DNA of 29,006 nt from the NCBI GenBank assembly GCA_028285285.1, contig JANQPW010000048.1:1-29006 (forward strand), in the 5' to 3' direction. Positions 1 through 7,793 of the stretch are shown in pieces; position 1 is the first letter of the stretch; each line of letters begins with the position of its first letter. The DNA is from Silvanigrellales bacterium. GTDB taxonomy: Bacteria; Bdellovibrionota_B; Oligoflexia; Silvanigrellales; Silvanigrellaceae. The translations under genes were made by a program, and so were the position numbers. The notes beneath the pieces were generated by a model. The model did not search any database. It worked only from the letters and a program-made list of their open reading frames with translations, and had not been told where the DNA came from.

Positions 1-130
1 TTCGCAAGGGCATCGAGTCACTCGGAGCTACGTCTTGGAGCAACTCAAGATTGATTTGTATTCCGGAGCACTCATTCTTTTTCGAAATAAATCAGGCCAC
101 TCTTTGAAGGCCATCTGCTTCGATGGAACG
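1..130 (+). pseudogene. tnpB: IS66-family accessory protein TnpB remnant (partial, frameshifted, 3'-truncated)
   Basis: Frame from base 3 reads RKGIESLG (IS66 TnpB motif FRKGIDGL). After a one-base shift near base 27-29 the frame of the 35..331 ORF reads YVLEQLKIDLYSGALILFRNKSGHSLKAICFDGT (TnpB motif DPFSGALFVFRN...LKILYWDG). Similarity stops after FDGT. Confidence 0.75.
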
Positions 131-474
131 GTGATCCCTTCAGTTCGAAGTTTCAGAAGGATTGGAAGCCTGTCACCTTGTCAAAATAAAAAAAGATCCA
201 TATTTTTAAGTCGCCAAACCAAAAAAAGGATCTTTTCGATGCAGGTGCATCTGGAACACAGAGTAATCGACCCCGAGCTGATGCGCAAGTGTTCTGCCTC
301 ACATGTAAATGGCTTTTTTCCTCATGCATGAACTACATTGCCGCACTCATCGTTTCTCTAACGCTCTTTCCTCTTGACCGCTTGTTTTCTTTTGCTCGAT
401 ATTTTCGTGCTTGAGCCATTCTGATCTCCCCCGAAGAGCAATAAACTTCTGTCATCCACGATGAATTTACCTAC

Positions 475-804
475 TCATGCTCTCTTCTTCTTCGAGGGCT
501 TGTTCACGTCCACCACGAGGTCCACACCATCTCGCCTCAGTTGATCCTGAAGAGCAACCTGAACGAAGGTCGAAATCCCGAAACCAAGAACCTCGGCCAT
601 CTCGGCTGCCTTTCTTGGGGAAGGAATTTTCCGGCCTTTCTCATAATCACACAGGTTCTGTCTTGAGATGCCCAGAATGCCCGCCATCTCGACTTGAGAA
701 TACTCTTCACCCTGTCTATGAGACACTAAAAGATCGGCGAAAGTTAGGGGGCCGAAGTCCCTCTCAAGCTCTTTGTGCCCGTAACGAGCCTTTTTAGTAG
801 TCAT
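475..804 (-). CDS. higA: XRE-family helix-turn-helix antitoxin (HigA-like)
   Basis: HTH core YSQVEMAGILGISRQNLCDYEKGRKIPS; lies directly downstream of a RelE-fold toxin and overlaps it by 11 bp. Confidence 0.8.
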   Translation of the reverse strand: MTTKKARYGHKELERDFGPLTFADLLVSHRQGEEYSQVEMAGILGISRQNLCDYEKGRKIPSPRKAAEMAEVLGFGISTFVQVALQDQLRRDGVDLVVDVNKPSKKKRA

Positions 805-1075
805 GCTTGTTCACCTTCACCTCTTCTACGACAGCCACAGTGACGCTGCCGTCCTTCTCTTCCTTGTAGATGGCTCTATACGCCCTATTGAGCCTCACTG
901 AACGTTGACCAAAGCGTGCCCCTTTCAGAGGCTCGTCATGCCACCTTGGCCTCTTCCTCGTCTCCCGTAACCCATCATTCCTGACGTCCAACACCCATTG
1001 CCTCAGCTTGTTCACAACGTGCTTTGGTAACTTCCTCAGAGCCTTCTCCACTTTTGGGAGATCAACTTGGTCCAA
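794..1075 (-). CDS. higB: RelE/HigB-family mRNA interferase toxin
   Basis: KALRKLP...HDEPLKGARFGQRSVRLNRAYRAIY is RelE/HigB-like; toxin-first order. Start placed at TTG 1075, 6 nt after GAGGAG (ORF track extends to 1105). Confidence 0.8.
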   Translation of the reverse strand: MDQVDLPKVEKALRKLPKHVVNKLRQWVLDVRNDGLRETRKRPRWHDEPLKGARFGQRSVRLNRAYRAIYKEEKDGSVTVAVVEEVKVNKHDY

Positions 1076-1095
1076 AGGAGTCTCCTCGTTAAATC

Positions 1096-1122
1096 CTATC
1101 GGCAAAAAAGTACTCTAATTTA
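1096..1122 (-). promoter_or_regulatory. Sigma28/FliA-like promoter of the TA operon
   Basis: Minus strand TAAA(1122-1119)-N15-GCCGATAG(1103-1096) versus consensus TAAA-N15-GCCGATAA. Confidence 0.55.
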
Positions 1123-1128
1123 GAGTAC
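1110..1128. promoter_or_regulatory. Perfect palindrome, probable HigA operator
   Basis: GTACTCTAA-T-TTAGAGTAC (9-bp arms) just upstream of the TA operon. Antitoxin autorepression at a promoter palindrome is standard for HigBA. Confidence 0.7.
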
Positions 1129-1606
1129 AATTTAACCTCATATCCCCAGAGCGTACTGAGAAGCACAGTGTCTACTGTAATCATTTATGTTTTTCTGACT
1201 TTTTCGAACTTCTGTAAGATTTGTGGAACTTTACAAGGCTGTCACAGACTTGCCTATCTTACTGCCGTTGCCTTCCTGTCCCCTACTCCAATCTGAAGCT
1301 CTCCCTTCTTACCAGACCCTCAGGTGGCCTCGGCCTCTTTTGTCCTGTCAAATCTGCCCGTTCGAGGTATCACCTAGGTAATAGTAAGGTGACAGTCCCT
1401 CCTGGCCCACCATTTCCTCCTCTCAATGCCTTTGAAATTTCAGACTCTTCAATCACTCAAAGTGAAGAGCACATGTGGCACACAGGTTGCTGCATGAGGT
1501 GCTTCCGAGTTTGTTTGAGTAGCCCGTCGGGCTGAAGAGAAACGATAATTCTGAGTCAATGCTCCGTTTGGGCGCACCGGTTTGCGTTCTAGAATCTGAA
1601 TAACCT

Positions 1607-2116
1607 TTGGCTTTTACGGTTTTCTACGTTTTATCGCTGAAAAGCCCGAAGGGAAGAGTGGTGCATGGCGTTCTGGAGTGTTCCATGTTGTACAGTCGAA
1701 GCACGCCCGAAATTTTCATTGAGAGTTTCAGGGCAGCCCATTTGCAAGGTGGGGTTCCTCAAAAAGACCATGTGGCACTTGCCCAGTTCTTGAAAAAGCT
1801 CTTTTTGACGGAGCACCCTGAAGAGGATCTTGAGTTCACTCGTGTGTGGAAGAATCAAATCTACTTTCAGATTCACGATGACTTTCAGCAAAAGCAGGAG
1901 GGTGTTGCTTACACAGACCTTCCGGAGCGTCACCTCCACATCATATCTACCGTTCTGAGGATCTGCGGATTCTCTCAATGGATTTGTCGCCTCACTAAAC
2001 ATGTCTCCCAGGGGCATGTCTATACTGAATTTGTGTTGGAACGGAGGTCCTCAATCGTTGAGGGTTCGGCACCCTATGCAATTTCTGAGCTTCACGGAAA
2101 ACTTCCGGGAAAATAG
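1607..2116 (+). CDS. Hypothetical protein, weak V4R/MetOD1-like character
   Basis: 169-codon ORF with protein-like composition; start uncertain (1607, 1658 or 1685). C-terminal ISTVLRICGF...TKHVSQGHVYTEFVL loosely resembles V4R-type domains. Confidence 0.55.
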   Translation: MAFTVFYVLSLKSPKGRVVHGVLECSMLYSRSTPEIFIESFRAAHLQGGVPQKDHVALAQFLKKLFLTEHPEEDLEFTRVWKNQIYFQIHDDFQQKQEGVAYTDLPERHLHIISTVLRICGFSQWICRLTKHVSQGHVYTEFVLERRSSIVEGSAPYAISELHGKLPGK

Positions 2117-2136
2117 ACTCGTGTGAAATCAATTCA

Positions 2137-2784
2137 GTGACCACCGGAGGCGTCGTGTCTGTATCTGCGACTGTTCGAAAAGAAGATTCGACCTGTGTGG
2201 AGCGGATGGCGATCGGAGAGTTTCGCCGGCTTTTTTCGGATCCTGCCCATCCAGTTGTGGAGGAGGTCATTGCTGGCCAAACGTTTATCTGTCCTTCTGC
2301 ATCTGTGCTTCCCCAAGTGCGAGACCTCATTTCCCTGTTCAGAATGGCCAGCCATTCCTTCAGTCGACATGAAGATGACTCGTCTTCACCGCTGAAAAAA
2401 CTCCTTGAGAAGCCGTTTGAAACGCCCTTTGAGTTCCATTTGAGTGCTTTGCCGAAAGGTGAATTCTGCTTTAAGTTGAGCACTCCAAGTTACTTTAGAA
2501 TGTTCTGTGCGATGTCTGCCTGTTTACTGACAGCTTGTAATTTCCGATTTGTGAGCTTTAGAGCTCTTGAGCTTTGCGAAGGCTCAGCGGCCAGCTCAGA
2601 CTATGTGAAATTTGCGTCTGCTGTGCAAAAGCACACAGAAGATCGCGGCAAGTCAGAACCAGCCATTCAGCCCGAAAAACACGTCAATGTGGATCGGAGC
2701 GGTTTCGACCACTTTTTAGAAGAGTTTTTGCACAACTACTTGAGCTCTTCTGTGTTGACTTTGACCTATTCCTCAGAGACCTGA
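2137..2784 (+). CDS. Hypothetical protein
   Basis: 215-codon ORF, 20 bp downstream of the previous gene, convergent with the CoA ligase; alternative start ATG 2206 after GGAG. Confidence 0.55.
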   Translation: MTTGGVVSVSATVRKEDSTCVERMAIGEFRRLFSDPAHPVVEEVIAGQTFICPSASVLPQVRDLISLFRMASHSFSRHEDDSSSPLKKLLEKPFETPFEFHLSALPKGEFCFKLSTPSYFRMFCAMSACLLTACNFRFVSFRALELCEGSAASSDYVKFASAVQKHTEDRGKSEPAIQPEKHVNVDRSGFDHFLEEFLHNYLSSSVLTLTYSSET

Positions 2785-2810
2785 GCGTCATTTCGTTTGA
2801 CTCTGAGTTT

Positions 2811-4157
2811 TCAGCAGGCCGTGCGGAGAAAATCCGAAATGGACTTTGCTCGGCTTCTTTCGCAGGCGAGCCAAAACGCTTCTTCAAACCCGTAGGTTGT
2901 GGTGTAACGTATTTTGTGATCCACGGATCGATTCGTTTTCCTACGAATCAACTGCTCAAGGCGGAGACGATCCTGTTTCTGTGGTGGGTAACCATAGAGA
3001 CACTCCACAGCACCATTGCGTGCACAAAGCGCGAATGGGGGCAAAGAAGAAAGGCTCTGCGCCGCCTGATTCGCAAACTGGTCAAGGCTCAACCACTCAC
3101 CTGAGGCATCTTTGATCATCAGGCCTTCGCGCCCGAGAATGTGAATTCTCTCGCCCTCACGTTCTGCCCAATCGCCCGTGGAGTACCAGCCTTCGTGTTT
3201 GGTTCCACTAGTGAGATCAAGGAACTCTGCGCAGTTTTCAAGCTTGAGCTGGAGGATTCCACCCTTTTCTGGCACTTGAATCTGCAAATGAGGGAGGATC
3301 TTCCCGGCGAGCAAAACCCCAGGTCCTGCTTCGGTCAAACCATACCCTTCCACAAGGCTCCCAAACCGTTTTTCAGCTTCCTTCGCAACACTGTCAGAGA
3401 GCTGTGCACCGCCGGTGTGAACAATCATGTTCTTAAAATGAGCCGACTGAGGAAGCAGTCGGCAGAGCAACTCTATCTGCCGTGGCACGAGTGCAATGTG
3501 AGAGAATTTATTTCCGTGATTCAGCAGCGCCCAACGGAGGTCTTGCAGACTCCTTGAGGTTGAAAACACGAGTCTTTGGTGTGTCCAAAGCCCAAGAAGA
3601 ACATCAAGAACCAAACCAAATGCGTGCCACAGTGGCAGGCAAGAAAGTCTGAAGTTTCCACGTTGTTGAGTGCTTGTTTCCGGAAAAAGATTTTGGTTTG
3701 ATGCGTGCACCTGAAGCTGTTTCAGAATCACGCTTTGGGGAAGGAAGACCACTTTTCTAGATTCACTGCTTGTTCCACTCGTTAGGAGCACCAGCGAATA
3801 GGGCTCAGATGAAGAGGAGCGAGTTTCCGACAAAGTTTTAAAGTCACGGGTGATTCGGTCTTGCAATTGAGTGCAAGCTCCCGGAGCCATGGGCGCAAAA
3901 ACCTTCCCTTCGGCCAAACAGGCCAGAAAACCGCAAATTGCCCGAACGGGATCGCTTGCGTCAAGGAAGAAAATCGGGCTTTCTCGTTGCTTTTGAATGA
4001 GGGAAGTCAGTCTTTCAATCTCACGGGAGAGCTGCTCTGCGCAAACCGGCACAAGAGAGGAGTCTTCAATCAGGAAATGTGTTTCCTTTGCAAGCAGAGA
4101 TTCTCGCAAAGAAGTGTACAGGTCGCTCTGCGAGGAGAAATGTGGGGTTTCGTCCAT
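2811..4157 (-). CDS. AMP-binding acyl-CoA ligase, probable (hydroxy)cinnamate:CoA ligase for PYP chromophore attachment
   Basis: ANL motifs LLTSGTS, EGYGLTEAG, STGD, ILGR; 9 bp downstream of the ammonia-lyase, and the pair is divergent from pyp. Substrate assignment is from context. Confidence 0.8.
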   Translation of the reverse strand: MDETPHFSSQSDLYTSLRESLLAKETHFLIEDSSLVPVCAEQLSREIERLTSLIQKQRESPIFFLDASDPVRAICGFLACLAEGKVFAPMAPGACTQLQDRITRDFKTLSETRSSSSEPYSLVLLTSGTSSESRKVVFLPQSVILKQLQVHASNQNLFPETSTQQRGNFRLSCLPLWHAFGLVLDVLLGLWTHQRLVFSTSRSLQDLRWALLNHGNKFSHIALVPRQIELLCRLLPQSAHFKNMIVHTGGAQLSDSVAKEAEKRFGSLVEGYGLTEAGPGVLLAGKILPHLQIQVPEKGGILQLKLENCAEFLDLTSGTKHEGWYSTGDWAEREGERIHILGREGLMIKDASGEWLSLDQFANQAAQSLSSLPPFALCARNGAVECLYGYPPQKQDRLRLEQLIRRKTNRSVDHKIRYTTTYGFEEAFWLACERSRAKSISDFLRTAC

Positions 4158-4166
4158 ATGATCACC

Positions 4167-5588
4167 TTATTCCCAGGCACGTGGTGTTCCTGGCGTGTGG
4201 TTCTTCCAGGCTTCGAGAGACGAAGACACGGAGAACTCACCCTTGGACCTCATTGCACAGGCACGTGTTGCCACAAAGTGAGCGGCGTCTGAGACAACTT
4301 GAAGAAGGAGTTTGGACTCAGCAAATATGTTTAATTTCGACATTGTTGCTGGTAGCACATCTTGATTGTATGACTCGGCAGGGGCGCTCATGAGCGAGCT
4401 CGGTAGGTTCGTTCCCCGCAGCTGTTGCAAACAGGCGGAAACAAGCTGGTGCACCCCTTTCACATGATCCACGCCAATATGAGATTGGTGAACGCCACGA
4501 GTTCCTCTTTTGAGGTTTGGTGGCAGACCGTGGGAAAGCTCCGGCGTCACAATAAGGTGAATTTGCCGATCGAGGAGATCTGCAATTCTCAAGCAAGTGT
4601 CGCTCAGTAAGTCTACAGCAACGGCCAGTCTCGCAGTAAAGAAACGACCGCCGTGGTGAAAACCAGAATCGGTTACCACAGGGTTGTCGGCAATGTTCTC
4701 TGCTTCAGAGAGGACACGCTTTCGTGCGTCATCTAGGTTTTCTTTGGCGGCCGTTAAGATTTGTGGTGCACATCGTATGCTGTACCGTTCCTGCAAAGCG
4801 CTGGCTTCTTCTTCGGTGCTTGAAAGAGGAAAGTTTTCGCGGATGCGCTTCTCCGATTGGCGCAAAACTTGTGATATTTCCAGAAGGTTCCTGTCTTCAT
4901 GAGTTCCCGAAACCAGAAGGCTCGGCTCAAAGGCCTGGGAGTCAATAGCAAGGGCAACGGCATTTCGAGCTGTTATTTCAATAGCCTCTTGGAGAAATCT
5001 CTCAGTGAAGTTGGTGAGATGAACTGCAAGCGAGCACATCATTGAATTGGTGTTCACCAGGGCCAGTCCATCGCGTGGGCCGTAGGGCAATCCTCTCTTA
5101 AAGAGAGGCTGCAAAGCGTGACTCATTGATATGAGATCTCCGCTGGCTCCAAGGCTTCCCAAACATGGAACTGTGGGGAGTTTTTCCTCATTAGAAAAGG
5201 AAACAAGGGCATCGAAACTTTTTGGGTGAATACCAGAAAGGCCAAGTCCGAGCTTTTGGCACTGGAGGCGTATGCCTCTACGAACCACCTCCGATTCAAG
5301 GGGTTTCCCTTTGCCAACACTGAGAAACTCCATCAGCCCGTTTTGATGAGACTCCCAGTGTTGAGATTGTGCCGTTTCCAGAACATTGTGGCCAAAGTGA
5401 GTGTTGAGGCCGTAAACAGGGCTATTGTGAATGTGCTTTTCAAGTCTGTCGTAGCTCTCTTGAACTCTTTTTCTCTGAAGCGGGTGTGCAAACACGCTTG
5501 TTTCCGCACTTCCCAGTCGTACGACACTTGACCAGCTCAGTTTTCCTGCTGAGAGTTGGAGCTCTCGAATACTCGTCACCGCGCTCAT
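4167..5588 (-). CDS. MIO-dependent aromatic amino-acid ammonia-lyase (PAL/TAL family)
   Basis: VYGLNTHFG, GSLG-ASG-DL (MIO triad at 5139-5147), QERYSIRC, ADNP, GLPPNL, NQDV. Confidence 0.9.
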   Translation of the reverse strand: MSAVTSIRELQLSAGKLSWSSVVRLGSAETSVFAHPLQRKRVQESYDRLEKHIHNSPVYGLNTHFGHNVLETAQSQHWESHQNGLMEFLSVGKGKPLESEVVRRGIRLQCQKLGLGLSGIHPKSFDALVSFSNEEKLPTVPCLGSLGASGDLISMSHALQPLFKRGLPYGPRDGLALVNTNSMMCSLAVHLTNFTERFLQEAIEITARNAVALAIDSQAFEPSLLVSGTHEDRNLLEISQVLRQSEKRIRENFPLSSTEEEASALQERYSIRCAPQILTAAKENLDDARKRVLSEAENIADNPVVTDSGFHHGGRFFTARLAVAVDLLSDTCLRIADLLDRQIHLIVTPELSHGLPPNLKRGTRGVHQSHIGVDHVKGVHQLVSACLQQLRGTNLPSSLMSAPAESYNQDVLPATMSKLNIFAESKLLLQVVSDAAHFVATRACAMRSKGEFSVSSSLEAWKNHTPGTPRAWE

Positions 5589-5706
5589 TGGCCACCCGGG
5601 GAACTCATCCCATGACTTGTTGTTCTCTTCTTAGCCTACGGCGAGTGTAGATGGGCACCTCGGCAAACATTTCTTGTTTGAGAATTGGACGATGCTGGGG
5701 ATTGGC

Positions 5707-5733
5707 TAAAGTTTTCTTCGGAGAAGCCGTAAA
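5707..5733 (+). promoter_or_regulatory. Sigma28/FliA-like promoter of pyp
   Basis: TAAAGTTT-N11-GCCGTAAA versus extended consensus TAAAGTTT-N11-GCCGATAA; 49 bp before the pyp ATG. Confidence 0.6.
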
Positions 5734-5782
5734 GAGCTCTGACGTTGGAACCGCAAAAAATTGAATAATCTTGGAGGTCGAC

Positions 5783-6151
5783 ATGACATTTGTTTCATCG
5801 GATATTTTGGGCAAATTGGGAAGTCTTGACCGAGCGTCAGCTGATCGGGCCCCATTTGGAATTGTTAAGGTTGACAACGAAGGCAAGATTCTCCTGTACA
5901 ACAAGTGGGAATCTGAACTTGCTGGAATTTCGCCCGACTCTGCTGAAGGAAAGAACTTCTTTACTGATATTGCGCCGTGTACCAACAACAAGCTTGTGCG
6001 TGGGCGATTTCAATCGGGGATTGACTCCGGGAACTTGGACCTCGAAATCAACTACACGTTCACCTACAAAATGAGGCCAACCAATGTTGCCCTTCATTTG
6101 ATGCACGACAAGGTCACTTCTTCTAACTGGGTTTTCGTATCTAAGCGATAA
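5783..6151 (+). CDS. pyp: Photoactive yellow protein (short, stand-alone PAS)
   Basis: PFGIVKVD...LLYNKWES (Y42, E46)...GKNFFTDIAPCT (C69)...YTFTYKMRPT...WVFV; ATG 5783 preceded by GGAGG; next to chromophore-synthesis genes. Confidence 0.92.
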   Translation: MTFVSSDILGKLGSLDRASADRAPFGIVKVDNEGKILLYNKWESELAGISPDSAEGKNFFTDIAPCTNNKLVRGRFQSGIDSGNLDLEINYTFTYKMRPTNVALHLMHDKVTSSNWVFVSKR

Positions 6152-6163
6152 AAGGAGATTCCG

Positions 6164-6526
6164 ATGAGCGCGCAAGAGATCATACAATTGAGAGAAACGG
6201 TGTCCAATTTGGAAGAACAGCTTGTCTCTTTGTATGACCAGTTGAACGGCCAATCAATCGATGCGCTTCACACGACGATTGAGAGTCTCGAAGAGCAACT
6301 CATCTCTCTTTATCAGGAGCGTCAAGAGGAATCGGGTGTTGTTTTCTCTGAAACGGTGGAAAACCTCGAAGCCCAAGTGATTGCTCTCACTGATGAAAAG
6401 ATGGAGCTCGAGAGAAACGAAGGCCATTATCTCAGAGAGATTTCTTCTTTGAAGAACCGAGCCCGAGAGGTTGGTGCAGCCTTGTTTGAAGCAGCGATCT
6501 TCAATTCAACAGGGAAAGCTGCTTAG
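6164..6526 (+). CDS. Small acidic coiled-coil protein co-transcribed with pyp
   Basis: AGGAG RBS, 12 bp after the pyp stop; heptad-rich 120 aa. Confidence 0.8.
   Translation: MSAQEIIQLRETVSNLEEQLVSLYDQLNGQSIDALHTTIESLEEQLISLYQERQEESGVVFSETVENLEAQVIALTDEKMELERNEGHYLREISSLKNRAREVGAALFEAAIFNSTGKAA
6194..6391 (+). repeat. Three intragenic repeats at a 78-bp (26-aa) period
   Basis: ETVSNLEEQLVSLY (6194), TTIESLEEQLISLY (6272), ETVENLEAQVIALT (6350). Confidence 0.85.
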
Positions 6527-6529
6527 CTG

Positions 6530-7789
6530 CTACAAGCTGCCCACCTCGAGGTCAATGGGGTTGACTTGGTGACGTTCGCCAAACTCCCTATCACTCCAAA
6601 GAGTCCATCCTTTTTTCAACAGAACTCTTTCAAACTGCCGACCATTCACTTTGTTTTCTGTTGTCACTGTCTCTGAGTCTTCCCATCGGTGCCAGCGCGG
6701 GCAGTAGAGGATGCTGCGTTGGTTCGACTTTGGCCAGCGGTCGGGGTTGCCCAACCAGTCTCCCTCAAGAATCACAAAATGGCTCTGTTTAACCAGGTGG
6801 GATGGTAAGGTGAAGTGGCCGCAGCTTCCGGAAAACAGACACCGTTTTTGGAAGGAAGCAAATTGTTGGTCAGAAAGGGTGACAGCCAGCAACAGCTGGT
6901 TCAAGCGCTTGCGTTTGAGAAGTTGTGTCGACAGGCCGAGTCCAACACCGTCTTTAAAAGCGTCAACTCTCCCATTCCCCGCAACTATTGCAATGCGGTT
7001 GGCTCCGAAAGGCAGAAGACAAGTGGAGAGCAGGGGGCCAATTGGCCCGTCCGGAACAATTAAATTTCCAGAGATGAGAGAAAGCAATTCAAGTCCGCAG
7101 AGAAGTGTGTGTGGACTTGCTGTTGCCAGCACTACGGCTCGACAGTTCGTCATGAGTGACCGCACCTCTGCGGAGAGCGCTGCGGTTGTGCTGTTTTCAT
7201 GGCACTTATCTGCGAGGTAAGCCAGATCGGCCCGACCCTCTGAGTCGCAGATCAGAAAAAGAGCGTGACCTCGAAAGATGGTGCGTCGAATCAAGGCGTG
7301 TCCTTTGCCGGAGAGCCAGATGGGAGAGGGAATCTGCCTTTCACCGAGAACATTGGAGAGAAGAGCCGATGCGTGTAGTTCTCTCAAACTTCGGCTAAAG
7401 CGCTCGCTCGAGTGGAGCTTGCGCCAGTGAATTTGCGTCGCTTCCTTCTGTGCTTCGGCGCGGCCAGTCACGCGTTGGCCTCTGTGGACAGCTGCCAATG
7501 AGCTTTTCCAACCCTCTTTTGTGTCACAGGAGCTGTGGATTTCGACTTCGTGCCAGCTGTAGATATCCAATTCCGGCGGTTGTGATTCATCGAATTGAAA
7601 CTCTAAAAGTTCTGCCCATTGCAAAGCAGCGGAGAGATCTTTTGACCCCTCGTCTTGAGACTCCTGCAGCGATGTTATGGGAATGCCTTCGCAGACAACA
7701 GACGAGGAAAGCTCTTTTGAAGTTCTTTTTTGTGAGCAAAGCATGTGATTGTGATGAATGAAAACGAGCCAACGTTCCGCGGTCATCAC
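6530..7789 (-). CDS. Hypothetical protein with degenerate glutamyl-tRNA reductase (HemA)-like motifs
   Basis: 419 codons starting 4 bp after the kinase stop; ASALLSNVLGERQI and VVLATASPH resemble HemA motifs; no TCNR catalytic motif. Confidence 0.55.
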   Translation of the reverse strand: MMTAERWLVFIHHNHMLCSQKRTSKELSSSVVCEGIPITSLQESQDEGSKDLSAALQWAELLEFQFDESQPPELDIYSWHEVEIHSSCDTKEGWKSSLAAVHRGQRVTGRAEAQKEATQIHWRKLHSSERFSRSLRELHASALLSNVLGERQIPSPIWLSGKGHALIRRTIFRGHALFLICDSEGRADLAYLADKCHENSTTAALSAEVRSLMTNCRAVVLATASPHTLLCGLELLSLISGNLIVPDGPIGPLLSTCLLPFGANRIAIVAGNGRVDAFKDGVGLGLSTQLLKRKRLNQLLLAVTLSDQQFASFQKRCLFSGSCGHFTLPSHLVKQSHFVILEGDWLGNPDRWPKSNQRSILYCPRWHRWEDSETVTTENKVNGRQFERVLLKKGWTLWSDREFGERHQVNPIDLEVGSL

Positions 7790-7793
7790 GAAA

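Noticed and set aside
191-236. Inverted repeat AAAAGATCC...GGATCTTTT as an IS end or terminator
   Set aside because: 9-bp arms with a 28-bp spacer, partly A/T tract; does not resemble an IS66 terminal repeat and does not follow a real stop codon.
35-331. 98-aa ORF as an intact gene
   Set aside because: Only the first ~32 codons match IS66 TnpB; the rest is unrelated read-through.
1140-1240. AT-rich segment as an attachment site or island boundary
   Set aside because: No integrase, tRNA or second copy of the sequence in the window to support it.
1360-1365. GTTCGA as a tRNA T-loop
   Set aside because: Flanks do not form a T-stem and no cloverleaf can be built.
1221-1535. 104-aa plus-strand ORF, and a Gly-rich minus-strand fragment (GGNGGPGGTVTLLLP)
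   Set aside because: No RBS or family motif; the minus-strand fragment is interrupted by stops in all frames. Possibly a decayed gene, but not supportable.
2628-2760. Similarity of the C-terminal helix of ORF 2137 (DHFLEEFLHNYL) to that of ORF 9795 (EAFCKDYLRTYI)
   Set aside because: A 12-residue amphipathic pattern is easily matched by chance; not testable without profiles.
4167-5588. Histidine ammonia-lyase (hutH) call
   Set aside because: Lacks the HAL SH pair at the specificity site and the NQEDHVSM motif; no hut genes nearby; context is PYP.
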